This document shows, piece after piece, positions 38,921-47,351 of a stretch of DNA of 64,000 bases. The translations under genes were made by a program, and so were the position numbers. Where the stretch lies: NCBI GenBank assembly GCA_964501845.1, contig CAZCVS010000001.1, forward strand, positions 207-64,206, written 5' to 3'. The notes beneath the pieces are model-generated. The model had not been told where the DNA came from, did not search any database, and saw only the letters and a list, made by a program, of their open reading frames with translations. Numbering within the stretch: position 1 is the stretch's first letter; the number at the start of each line of letters is the position of its first letter. Source of the DNA: an uncultured Iamiaceae bacterium (GTDB lineage: Bacteria; Actinomycetota; Acidimicrobiia; Acidimicrobiales; Iamiaceae).

Positions 38921-39940
38921 TCACGCTGCGCCGCCCGAGCGCGTTGGCGGCGGTCGGCGACTCCGACGCCCGACCGACGACCTCCGCCGGCCATCGCGGC
39001 CACGTCGAGACCAGCCCAGGTGTTCCGAATTCCCGGCCGCAGTGGTCGGGCCTCCGACGACCTCCTCGAGCCGCAGCTCGTGGTCCGGCACCGTGACGGT
39101 GGCGGACGGCCGCGCCGAGGGCGGCAGCACGCCCTCCTTCATCGTGGCGATCCCTCCGAAGTAGAAGTCGCGCTCGATCTCGAGGACCTCGAACGCATCG
39201 GGATCGGCGCCCGGAGCGCGGCGGTAGTGGACGTTGCGAGCCCCGGGGGGCAACACGCCCGAGACGGCAGCCACCCGGATGGATCCGGTGCGGTTCGGAC
39301 GAGATCCGTGGAAGAGACTGTGGGCGTAGAGCACGGCCTCCCCGGCCCGGACCGGGACGTCGACCGCCAGCCGGTCGACGTCCTCGTCGAAGTCCAGGTA
39401 GATCGACGGCGTGTCGAGAGAGCGGATCGAGTGCCGCAACCGGTGCGAGCCGGGGATCACGACCAGCTGGCCGTTGTCGGGCCCCACATCAACCAGCGGA
39501 CACCAGATCGAGAGGGAGATCGCTCGGTCCTCCTCGACGTTGTTCCAGTCCTGGTGCAGCGTCGAGGCGCTGTCGGGCCCGACGCCCTTCACCAAGAAGC
39601 TCGCCCCACCGAGGTGGGCGCCGTCGAACACGCGGTCGGAGGCCGGCCGGAACAGCGACGTGATCGTGTGGTCGATGCGCCGGTTGGTCGCCAGGTCCTG
39701 GTCGTGGACGTTGGAGTAGATGCCGCGCAGGTCGTCGGGACCGATCTCGTCCCAGAGCGCCAGGAGGACCGCCAGGTCCGGGCCATCGAGGAACGGGACC
39801 GTGAGGAAGCCGTCGCGCTCGAAGCGACGCTGGTCCTCGGGGTCGCGGAACCGCAGGGCACCGAAGCGGTCCGGGGCCGGGGCCGGGGCCGGCGCGGCGG
39901 AGGCGGCACCCCGAGGAGCTGAGGACCTCCAGCGGAACAT
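38921..39940 (-). CDS. PhyH-family Fe(II)/2OG dioxygenase
   Basis: HQDW, IWCPL, NG...PGSH and FHGS motifs. Confidence 0.9.
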   Translation of the reverse strand: MFRWRSSAPRGAASAAPAPAPAPDRFGALRFRDPEDQRRFERDGFLTVPFLDGPDLAVLLALWDEIGPDDLRGIYSNVHDQDLATNRRIDHTITSLFRPASDRVFDGAHLGGASFLVKGVGPDSASTLHQDWNNVEEDRAISLSIWCPLVDVGPDNGQLVVIPGSHRLRHSIRSLDTPSIYLDFDEDVDRLAVDVPVRAGEAVLYAHSLFHGSRPNRTGSIRVAAVSGVLPPGARNVHYRRAPGADPDAFEVLEIERDFYFGGIATMKEGVLPPSARPSATVTVPDHELRLEEVVGGPTTAAGNSEHLGWSRRGRDGRRRSSVGRRSRRPPPTRSGGAA

Positions 39941-40090
39941 GACCTCAGGCTAACGATGCCACCTCCGGCCGGCGAGATGCCACGCGTGGCGACGAGGCAG
40001 AGCGGGTGGCAGGTGTATCGTCGTCAGGCTGCATCCCGGCCCCACGGTCCGTCCGGCCCGCCGGTTGCCCATCCCGTGAAGGACCGCTGC

Positions 40091-41326
40091 ATGGCCCTGG
40101 TGGTCGATCTCCAAAACGTCACGAAGATCTACCGCCTCGGCGCCGAGCGATCGAACTGGCGTGCGCTCATCCCCGGTCCGTGGGGTGAGGTGCAGACCGG
40201 CGAGCCGTTCCACGCTCTCAGCGACGTGTCGCTCCAGATCGAGGCTGGGCAGTCGCTCGGGATCATCGGCGCCAACGGCGCCGGGAAGTCCACCATCTTG
40301 AAGATCCTCGCCGGCGTCGTCGAGCCGACCTACGGGACGGTCGAGGTGCACGGGCGGGTCGCCCCGATCATCGAGCTCGGTGTCGGCTTCGACCCGGAGC
40401 TCAACGGCTCGGAGAACCTGCGGTTCGCTGGGGCGCTGCTCGGCCACGACCGCCAGGAGATCGAGGAGCAGTACGACTCGATCGTCGCGTTCTCGGGGCT
40501 CGAGGAGTTCATGGACACGCCGGTGAAGCGGTACTCCACCGGCATGCGCGCCCGGCTGGGCTTCTCGCTCGTGACCGCGTTCGACGCCGACCTCATCCTC
40601 CTCGACGAGGTGCTGTCCGTCGGCGACTTCGACTACCAGCAGCGCAGCCTGCGTCGGGTCAAGGACCTCCACGAGCGCGGGTCGGCTGTGGTGGCGGTCT
40701 CCCACAGCAACCATATGATCAGCCAGCTGTGCTCCACGCTCGCGCTGCTCGATCACGGGCACATCGTGACCATCGGCGACCCGGTGACGGTCATCAGCCG
40801 CTACATCGGCGAGCAGGTCATCGGCATCGGGGAGCCGGTCCCTGATGACCAGGTCCACGCCGAGCTCATCGCCGACCCGCCCGAGGACTCGCCCGTGGCG
40901 GTCGAGGATCTCGAGCTCCTGCCCGACGCCATCGTCCCCGGCGGCGCGCTGACCTTCCGCTTCACGCTCCGCGTCACCGAACCCGTCGACGCCCGCCTGG
41001 TCATGTCCTTCTACTCGATCGGGCGAGCCGCGTTCGCCGAGCCCGACGAAGGCCCGAGCGAGCTGCTCGCCACCACCGGGAGCTGGACCGTCACCGGTCA
41101 GATCGACTCGTTCCCCGTCGCCCCCGGGCCGTACCACCTGCGCGTGGCGGTCATCCCGGAGCACGACCCGAACGACTTCGACCAGGAGTACCTCGAGTCC
41201 CTGGCGAAGGTGACCACGCCCTTCACGATCCTGGGAGACCCCACCCACCGGCCGGGCCTGATGTTCGACACGAAGTGGGAGGCCGACGCCCTGCCCGTCG
41301 ACGAGGACGCCGGGGCAATCTCGTGA
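40091..41326 (+). CDS. wzt: polysaccharide ABC exporter ATP-binding subunit (Wzt-type) with C-terminal domain
   Basis: GANGAGKST, PVKRYSTGM..RL, LLDE and SH motifs, plus a beta-rich C-terminal domain. Confidence 0.9.
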   Translation: MALVVDLQNVTKIYRLGAERSNWRALIPGPWGEVQTGEPFHALSDVSLQIEAGQSLGIIGANGAGKSTILKILAGVVEPTYGTVEVHGRVAPIIELGVGFDPELNGSENLRFAGALLGHDRQEIEEQYDSIVAFSGLEEFMDTPVKRYSTGMRARLGFSLVTAFDADLILLDEVLSVGDFDYQQRSLRRVKDLHERGSAVVAVSHSNHMISQLCSTLALLDHGHIVTIGDPVTVISRYIGEQVIGIGEPVPDDQVHAELIADPPEDSPVAVEDLELLPDAIVPGGALTFRFTLRVTEPVDARLVMSFYSIGRAAFAEPDEGPSELLATTGSWTVTGQIDSFPVAPGPYHLRVAVIPEHDPNDFDQEYLESLAKVTTPFTILGDPTHRPGLMFDTKWEADALPVDEDAGAIS

Positions 41327-42132
41327 CCGAGACCACCCGTTCGACCCACCGGTCGGCAACCGTGGGGTTCGACCTCGCCAAGCGGATCCGGCTGCTGCGC
41401 CGCTGGACCCGGCGCGACTTCGACGCCAAGTACCGCCGCAGCGCCCTGAGCGCGCTGTGGGCCGCGCTCCAGCCGTTCGCGGTGGTGGCGGTGTACGCCT
41501 TCATCTTCGGGGTGATCTTCAAGCAGGAGGGCGGCGGGCTGCCCTACCTCAGCTACCTGCTCTCCGGGATCGTCCTGTTCCGGGTGATCTCAGGCGGCTT
41601 GGCGCTCAACACGTGCCTCATGGACAACTACGACCTCATGGGCCACTCGGTGTTCCCGCGGGAGCTCATCCCCCTGTCGAAGTCCGCCGGGGTCTCGCTG
41701 GAGCTCGTGGTCACCATCCCGTCGGTCGTCATCATCGGCGCCCTCCAGGGGATCGCGCCGCCGATCACCCTCATCGCCCTCCCCCTGGTGATCTTCTCCG
41801 TGCTGATGCTGGCCTCGGCGCTGTGCATCATCGCGTCGACCGTGCAAGTGTTCGTCCGCGACCTCCAGTTCGTCATGGGCTTCGCCATCACCGCGCTGTT
41901 CTTCGCCAGCCCGATCTCCTACCAGGAGGACGCGCTCCCGCACTGGCTCCGATGGCTCAACTCGGTGAACCCGATCTCGGTCGACATCGAGGCGCTGCGC
42001 GATGTCGCGCTGCGGGGCGAGTGGCCCGACTGGCCCCTGTTCGGCCTCCACTTCGTGCTCGCCGGACTCCTCTTGGTGGCGGCCATCGCCCACCTCCGCT
42101 CGGTGGCGCACCGCATCGTGGACCTGGGCTGA
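41323..42132 (+). CDS. wzm: polysaccharide ABC exporter permease (Wzm-type)
   Basis: KYRRSALSALW..LQP, FPRE, RD, SPISY and NP motifs. Confidence 0.9.
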   Translation: MTETTRSTHRSATVGFDLAKRIRLLRRWTRRDFDAKYRRSALSALWAALQPFAVVAVYAFIFGVIFKQEGGGLPYLSYLLSGIVLFRVISGGLALNTCLMDNYDLMGHSVFPRELIPLSKSAGVSLELVVTIPSVVIIGALQGIAPPITLIALPLVIFSVLMLASALCIIASTVQVFVRDLQFVMGFAITALFFASPISYQEDALPHWLRWLNSVNPISVDIEALRDVALRGEWPDWPLFGLHFVLAGLLLVAAIAHLRSVAHRIVDLG

Positions 42133-42147
42133 CGGGCCGCCGTCCGC

Positions 42148-43092
42148 TCAGGCGTGCAGGCGGGGGCGGCGCGCGCCGAAGAGTCCGTGGCGCTGCCGCG
42201 AACGACTGGCCACATCCTCGAAGGTGAGCTGCGGCTCCGCGTAGGGCTCGATCACCTCGAACGGCTCCCCAGGCGGACGCTCGCCGATGGAGAAGCTGGT
42301 GTAGAACTCGTCCTCCACCCAGAAGCTCTCGACGCGGCCGTCTGGTGCCCGGTAATGGTGCAGCGATGGAGCCTCGGCGGGCAGGGCGTTGATGTATGCC
42401 GCGACGCGCACCTTCCCCGACGTGTTCTGGGGCGTGGCGTGCAGGACCCGGCCGTCCATGATCAGCACCTCGCCCACCCCCACGTCGAGGGGGACCATCA
42501 GCTGATCGACGATCTCCGGACCGGCATCCTCGTAGGGCGCGGGGAAGCCGGGACTGCCCCGTCGCCGCTGGAGCCACCGATGACTGCCGGGCAGCAGCCG
42601 GAAGCGACCCTCGGCATTGGTGACGGGGGTCAGCGGGATCCAGCAGGTGATGCCGGCGGTAGTCGGCGTCTCCACCATGGTGTTCCAGTCCTGGTGAATC
42701 GGAACGATGCTCGTCCCCGTCGGCATCTTGACCATGAAGGCAGCGATCAGTGACCGGTGCCGATGGAGCAGACGGCCCAGCGGCGGCCACAGGATCGCCT
42801 CGAGCTCGGCGTCGACCTTGGCCTTGTACTCAGGGCGCCCGCTGTGGATGCTGGCGTAGTAGCCCTCCTCGACGCCCGACGGGAACCGCTCGAACACGTC
42901 CAGCGCGTCCTCCACCTGCTGTGGCGTCGCCAACGGGGCGATCACGTAGCCGTGGCGATGGAAGTGGCGGTCGAACGCCTTGTCCCTCAGGGTCGGTCGG
43001 TGCACGAGCGAGGTTCCTTCATCTGGACGCAGGTACCTCGGATCGGCCCCCGTCGCCCACGAGGGTAACGCTGGGATGCTCCGGGCGACCAC
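42148..43092 (-). CDS. PhyH-family Fe(II)/2OG dioxygenase
   Basis: HQDW, CWIPL, PGSH and LHAT motifs. Confidence 0.9.
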   Translation of the reverse strand: MVARSIPALPSWATGADPRYLRPDEGTSLVHRPTLRDKAFDRHFHRHGYVIAPLATPQQVEDALDVFERFPSGVEEGYYASIHSGRPEYKAKVDAELEAILWPPLGRLLHRHRSLIAAFMVKMPTGTSIVPIHQDWNTMVETPTTAGITCWIPLTPVTNAEGRFRLLPGSHRWLQRRRGSPGFPAPYEDAGPEIVDQLMVPLDVGVGEVLIMDGRVLHATPQNTSGKVRVAAYINALPAEAPSLHHYRAPDGRVESFWVEDEFYTSFSIGERPPGEPFEVIEPYAEPQLTFEDVASRSRQRHGLFGARRPRLHA

Positions 43093-43104
43093 CCCCCGGC
43101 AGCA

Positions 43105-44115
43105 TCAACCGGGCTCGGCGGCCAGGCCAGCCACGGCGTAGGACGTGGTGAGGGCCTCGGACGCCCAGCCGAAGACCTCGGTCGGGCCGCCGAAGTAGAA
43201 GACCTCGCGCGCCCACGAACCGTCGTCGGCCTGTCGGGCCACGAGCGCGCCGGCCAGCGCCGCGCGCAGGTCCGCCGGCCCGTCGAAGCGCTGGACGGTC
43301 AAGAGCGCGAGCGCGGTGTCGAGGTCGCGCTCGACACCGCCATCAGGACCCACCGCACCGGCAATCCGGTCGATGACCACCGGACCGAGCGAGGCGAACC
43401 GCCCGATGCCCCGCTGAGCGCCATCGGCCACCGCCGCCCACAGCGTGTACGGCGTGCGATGCCACTTGTCCTGGGTCTCCCAACCGGCCTCGACCACGCT
43501 CGCCACCCACTCGACCGCTCCGGCTGGCGCCCGCTCGGGACCGAGGTACCGGCACACGTTGGCGTTCACGACGGCATCGATGTCGCCGGGCTCGGCCTCG
43601 GTGCTGCTCCACAGCTCCTTGCGCAGCTCGGCCGTGGCCGGCCGGCGCTCGTCTCGCAGGGTCCACCATGCCTTCGGGCCCAGTCGGCCGTGAGGGACGA
43701 GCCACGTACGGGCGCGGCCGTCGGGTGCCGCGGTCGCGCGGTAGATCGCCACGTTGGCGGTGGAGTCATCACCCCGGCACCCGACGGCGAGCGAGCAGCA
43801 TGCGGTGTCGTCGGCGTCGGGAGGGGTGAAGGCCACCCGCGCGTTCGATCGGGCCCAGTACCGCCAGAGGGCGGAGGGCTCACGCTCGCCGCGGAGGAAC
43901 GCCACCGCCGCGTCGACGATCGAACGCGCGGCAGCGTGGTCCACCATGTCGAGGACCTCGGCAGCGAGCGCGGTGATGAAGTTCAGCTGATCGGGCTCCC
44001 ACGCCGGAGGCTCATCGCCAAAGAAGCTGGCGTACGACGGCAGTTCGCCAGACGGGAGCTGCTGATCGCTCAGCCATCGGAGCCCGCCCTCCACCGCACC
44101 TTGAAGCACGCTCAC
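43105..44115 (-). CDS. single-domain class II terpene cyclase / prenyltransferase-fold protein
   Basis: QW-like repeats (WLSDQQLPSG, RQADDGSW), PPDADDT motif and DAVVNAN; GTGA overlap with the upstream fusion gene. Confidence 0.7.
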   Translation of the reverse strand: MSVLQGAVEGGLRWLSDQQLPSGELPSYASFFGDEPPAWEPDQLNFITALAAEVLDMVDHAAARSIVDAAVAFLRGEREPSALWRYWARSNARVAFTPPDADDTACCSLAVGCRGDDSTANVAIYRATAAPDGRARTWLVPHGRLGPKAWWTLRDERRPATAELRKELWSSTEAEPGDIDAVVNANVCRYLGPERAPAGAVEWVASVVEAGWETQDKWHRTPYTLWAAVADGAQRGIGRFASLGPVVIDRIAGAVGPDGGVERDLDTALALLTVQRFDGPADLRAALAGALVARQADDGSWAREVFYFGGPTEVFGWASEALTTSYAVAGLAAEPG

Positions 44116-47100
44116 CGGGCCCACCCAGGTCCGAGTGCAGACGGTTCGAACCGCAAGTAGAGGACGGACAGGAGGTCTCGCCGATGGAGCTCCACGAACA
44201 GCTCGACGGCGGGCGACGAGCTGAACCCTGAGGCTCCGGGTCGGTCGGCGGCATCGCCGTGATCGAGGTAGGTCGCTTTGGTGTTCGCGGTGGCGTCGAC
44301 CGCCTCGGTGCAGGCCAGTCCGGCTCCCTCGGCGATGGCGACGAGCTCGGCGCGGGTGAGGTGCGGCTGGGGCCACGGTGAGAACGCCTCCTGCAGCGTT
44401 GCCGTGAGCTCGGCATCGTCGGCCAGACCGACCTTCGCCGCTGCACCGGGTTCCACCAGCAGGTCGACCACCACGACGGATCCTCCCGGCCGCAAGACGC
44501 GTGCCGCCTCGGCGAAGAACGCGGCACGCGTCGGGAAGTGCCACATCGCCTCGACCGAGAGGAGGTGGTCGACAGAGTGACAGCCGATCGGGAGGTTGCA
44601 GCCGTCCCCCTGGATCCATGCCATCCGGTTCCGTGGGGATGGAACCAGGTTTCGGCACAGGGCGAGCTGACGCTCATCGATGTCGAGCCCGACCAGCGTC
44701 ACGTCGGAGAACCGGCGGTCGAGGACCTCGAGGGTCCCGCCGAAGCCGCTGCCCACATCGAGCACGGTGGCACCGTCGCCGATCCCCGCCAGCTCGGTGA
44801 GGATCTCGACCATCTGGAGCTGGGCCTGCACCAGGCCGGTGGACAGCGGATCGGCGTCCAGATCCGGCCAGTGCCCGAGGTGGTTGAACCGACCGGCGCC
44901 GCCGTCGGCGAAGTCGCCGATCAGGGCGTCGATGTAGCGGGGTGCGGCAGGGAGAGACCCCGGCGCGGCCCCGCTCCCCTCCAGCCGGTCCTGTACGTCC
45001 ACGCCCCGACGATAGCCATCACCCACCGCGGCCCCCGCCTCCGATCCCGCCACCGAACGCCCGCGCCGGAGCCGCGCCGCCACCCGTCTCGGCGCCATCC
45101 GCCGCCAGGTCTTGCGGATCTTGGCCCACGCCCACTCGAACCCGCGGCGCACCGCCCAGACCCCGTCGTAGGCCTTGCCGTAGACCACGGTCCAGGTGGC
45201 CCAGAAGGCCCGGTGGAGCGCCTTGTAGGAGGCCCACGCGGCGCGGTGGCAGGCCCGGTAGGCCGCCCAGCCCCCGCGGTACAGGGCCCACCAGCCCCGG
45301 ACGACCGCCCGGCCCATCCTCGGGATCAGGTCCTTGGCCTCGCTCTTGAAGTGGTCGGCCCGGTGGCGGGCGAGGCGCTGGCTGCCCTTGCGGATCAGCA
45401 TCTGCTCCGTGTCTCGCCCGTAGTCCCAGTCCTGCTCGTGCAGCGGGCTCGTGTAGAGGTGGAGGAAGACCGGGTCGACCCAGGGGCCGTCGGGGTGGTG
45501 CGCCCAACCGGCCGCCGGATCGAAGCTCAGGTCCGGGTTGTCGAAGTCCGCGATGAAGTTGAACCGCCGTGGCAGCCGGGGCAGGTCCGGTAGCCCCATG
45601 GTCCAGGCCGTGGCGATCAGCGCACCCTGGTCGCGCGTGCGCCACTCGGGCCACGAGAACGACGCCAGGGCCCGCTCCCGCCACATCGCGAGGAACGGAC
45701 GGGCCTCCGGCCCGAACACGAACACCCCACCGTTCCAGTGCAGCCAGCGCCCGGGGACCTCGAGGTCCCAGCGCGCCAGGAACTGCTCGCGGAGGTGCCC
45801 GCACAGGGTCCGCGTCTCCCGGCAGGTACACGTCATCGCGTAGGTGCTGAAGTGGTCGACGCAGTTGCCCACGTGGGTCAGGTCCGACGCGAACGCGATG
45901 GGTGCCGTGCGGGCGTCGAACACGGCCTCCGCACCGGCGGAGACCGCGATCACGTCGGTGTCGAGGTAGCACCACTCCCCCTCGGGCAGGAGCTCCCCGA
46001 GTCCGGTCTTGAGCCAGATGCTCGCCTGGTGGTGGTCGAGCTCCTCGGGCGTGCGCACGTCGACGACCCGGTCGACCTGGGTCTCGTCGACCGCCATGCC
46101 GTTGCGGGTCGTGTCGGTGACGACCCAGATCTCCAGCGACGACAGCGCGGCGAGGTGCTCGGTGGCCACGGCGAGCGTGACCAGGTGCATGTCGTCGCCG
46201 CAGGCGACGAACACCCACCGCCGCCCGGCCCGGTCCTCGTCCGGCAGCGGGTCAGGCCCCCGCTCGACCCGGTCGCGGCGGACCCGGGCGGCGCGGCGGA
46301 TGGCCTGCTGCGTCCGGAGGTCGAGGAGGATCCGCTCGAAGGCATCGGGGATGCCCCACAGGTCGCGCCCGAGCAGGTCCCGCGCCGCGTTCCCGAACGC
46401 CACCAGCACGAACGCGACCGCCAGCCACCACCACGGATCCTCGAGGGCGAGCAGGATTGTGGCGATCAGCGGGAGCCAGCGCACCACGAACTCGTCGTCG
46501 ATGACGTACCCCACGAGCCGCACGCGGTCCCGCTGGTGGTGGAGGGCGGACGGCAGCAGCGGCTCCGCCCAGAGGTACCGCACCTGGAAGAGGCGCCAGG
46601 CGATGTAGGCGACGCTGGCCCACGGGAGCCACGGCAGCGCCCCGCCCGCCAGGACCACCAGCACCACGGCGGCGACGACCTCGAGCGGGAGCAGGATCTG
46701 GGCCACGAGGAGCACCGTGCGGTCCCGGCCGAGGCGGACCACGGCGGTGCGAGCGCCGACCCGCCGATCCCCATCGAGGTCCTCGAGCTGGTGCCACAGG
46801 ATGCTGCGGAGCCCGACGAGGAGCGCCCACACCGCTAGCGCTGCCGTCACCGCCAGGGGGAGCGGGCCAGGGGCGGCGAACACGGTGAGCGTCCAGACCA
46901 GCGGGATCACGTAGGCGTACGTCGCATCCGTGAGCGCGCCCAGCATGCCCCGGCCCTTCAAGCGGAGGGGTGAGACGGCGTAGGCGATCAGCAGCAGGGG
47001 CTCCACCACCAGGAAGACCCGCGCCACCGGCCGGGTGTCGAGGAACGCCCACGGCACCAGGCCCACGGTCAGCGCGAGCAGGACCGCGCCCCCGATCCTG

Positions 47101-47351
47101 GCGCCGGTCCAGGTCACCAGCGGGTTGGGCTTGCCGGCCCGGACGTCGTCGTCGCGGTCGGCGGCGTCGTTCACCAGGTGGCCGAACGCAGCGATGCCGA
47201 TGGCCGACACCACGAACAGCAGGAGGCGGACGAGGTCGCCGCCGGTGGCGGGCGGCCCGGCGAGCAGGCAGAGGCCGGCCACCGCCACCACGGGCGCGAC
47301 CTTGGCGTTCCACCACTTGTCCGACCGGACCACACCTCCGACCGGTGTCAC
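44112..47351 (-). CDS. UbiA prenyltransferase + GT-A (GT8-like) glycosyltransferase + SAM methyltransferase fusion
   Basis: UbiA: NDAADRDDD..GK and HQLEDLDGD..G. GT: YLDTDVI, NGGVFVF, DQGAL, FN, HLY. MT: VLDVGSGFGG, RVLRPGG. Start set at GTG 47351 (GTGA overlap with asnB). Confidence 0.8.
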   Translation of the reverse strand: MTPVGGVVRSDKWWNAKVAPVVAVAGLCLLAGPPATGGDLVRLLLFVVSAIGIAAFGHLVNDAADRDDDVRAGKPNPLVTWTGARIGGAVLLALTVGLVPWAFLDTRPVARVFLVVEPLLLIAYAVSPLRLKGRGMLGALTDATYAYVIPLVWTLTVFAAPGPLPLAVTAALAVWALLVGLRSILWHQLEDLDGDRRVGARTAVVRLGRDRTVLLVAQILLPLEVVAAVVLVVLAGGALPWLPWASVAYIAWRLFQVRYLWAEPLLPSALHHQRDRVRLVGYVIDDEFVVRWLPLIATILLALEDPWWWLAVAFVLVAFGNAARDLLGRDLWGIPDAFERILLDLRTQQAIRRAARVRRDRVERGPDPLPDEDRAGRRWVFVACGDDMHLVTLAVATEHLAALSSLEIWVVTDTTRNGMAVDETQVDRVVDVRTPEELDHHQASIWLKTGLGELLPEGEWCYLDTDVIAVSAGAEAVFDARTAPIAFASDLTHVGNCVDHFSTYAMTCTCRETRTLCGHLREQFLARWDLEVPGRWLHWNGGVFVFGPEARPFLAMWRERALASFSWPEWRTRDQGALIATAWTMGLPDLPRLPRRFNFIADFDNPDLSFDPAAGWAHHPDGPWVDPVFLHLYTSPLHEQDWDYGRDTEQMLIRKGSQRLARHRADHFKSEAKDLIPRMGRAVVRGWWALYRGGWAAYRACHRAAWASYKALHRAFWATWTVVYGKAYDGVWAVRRGFEWAWAKIRKTWRRMAPRRVAARLRRGRSVAGSEAGAAVGDGYRRGVDVQDRLEGSGAAPGSLPAAPRYIDALIGDFADGGAGRFNHLGHWPDLDADPLSTGLVQAQLQMVEILTELAGIGDGATVLDVGSGFGGTLEVLDRRFSDVTLVGLDIDERQLALCRNLVPSPRNRMAWIQGDGCNLPIGCHSVDHLLSVEAMWHFPTRAAFFAEAARVLRPGGSVVVVDLLVEPGAAAKVGLADDAELTATLQEAFSPWPQPHLTRAELVAIAEGAGLACTEAVDATANTKATYLDHGDAADRPGASGFSSSPAVELFVELHRRDLLSVLYLRFEPSALGPGWAR

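Noticed and set aside
39979..39990. Palindrome gccacgcgtggc as an operator between divergent genes
   Set aside because: A single GC-rich 12-mer that I did not find repeated, and no regulator gene is in the window.
43105..44115. Squalene-hopene cyclase / hopanoid cluster
   Set aside because: The protein is about half the length of two-domain SHCs, and there are no squalene synthase genes here.
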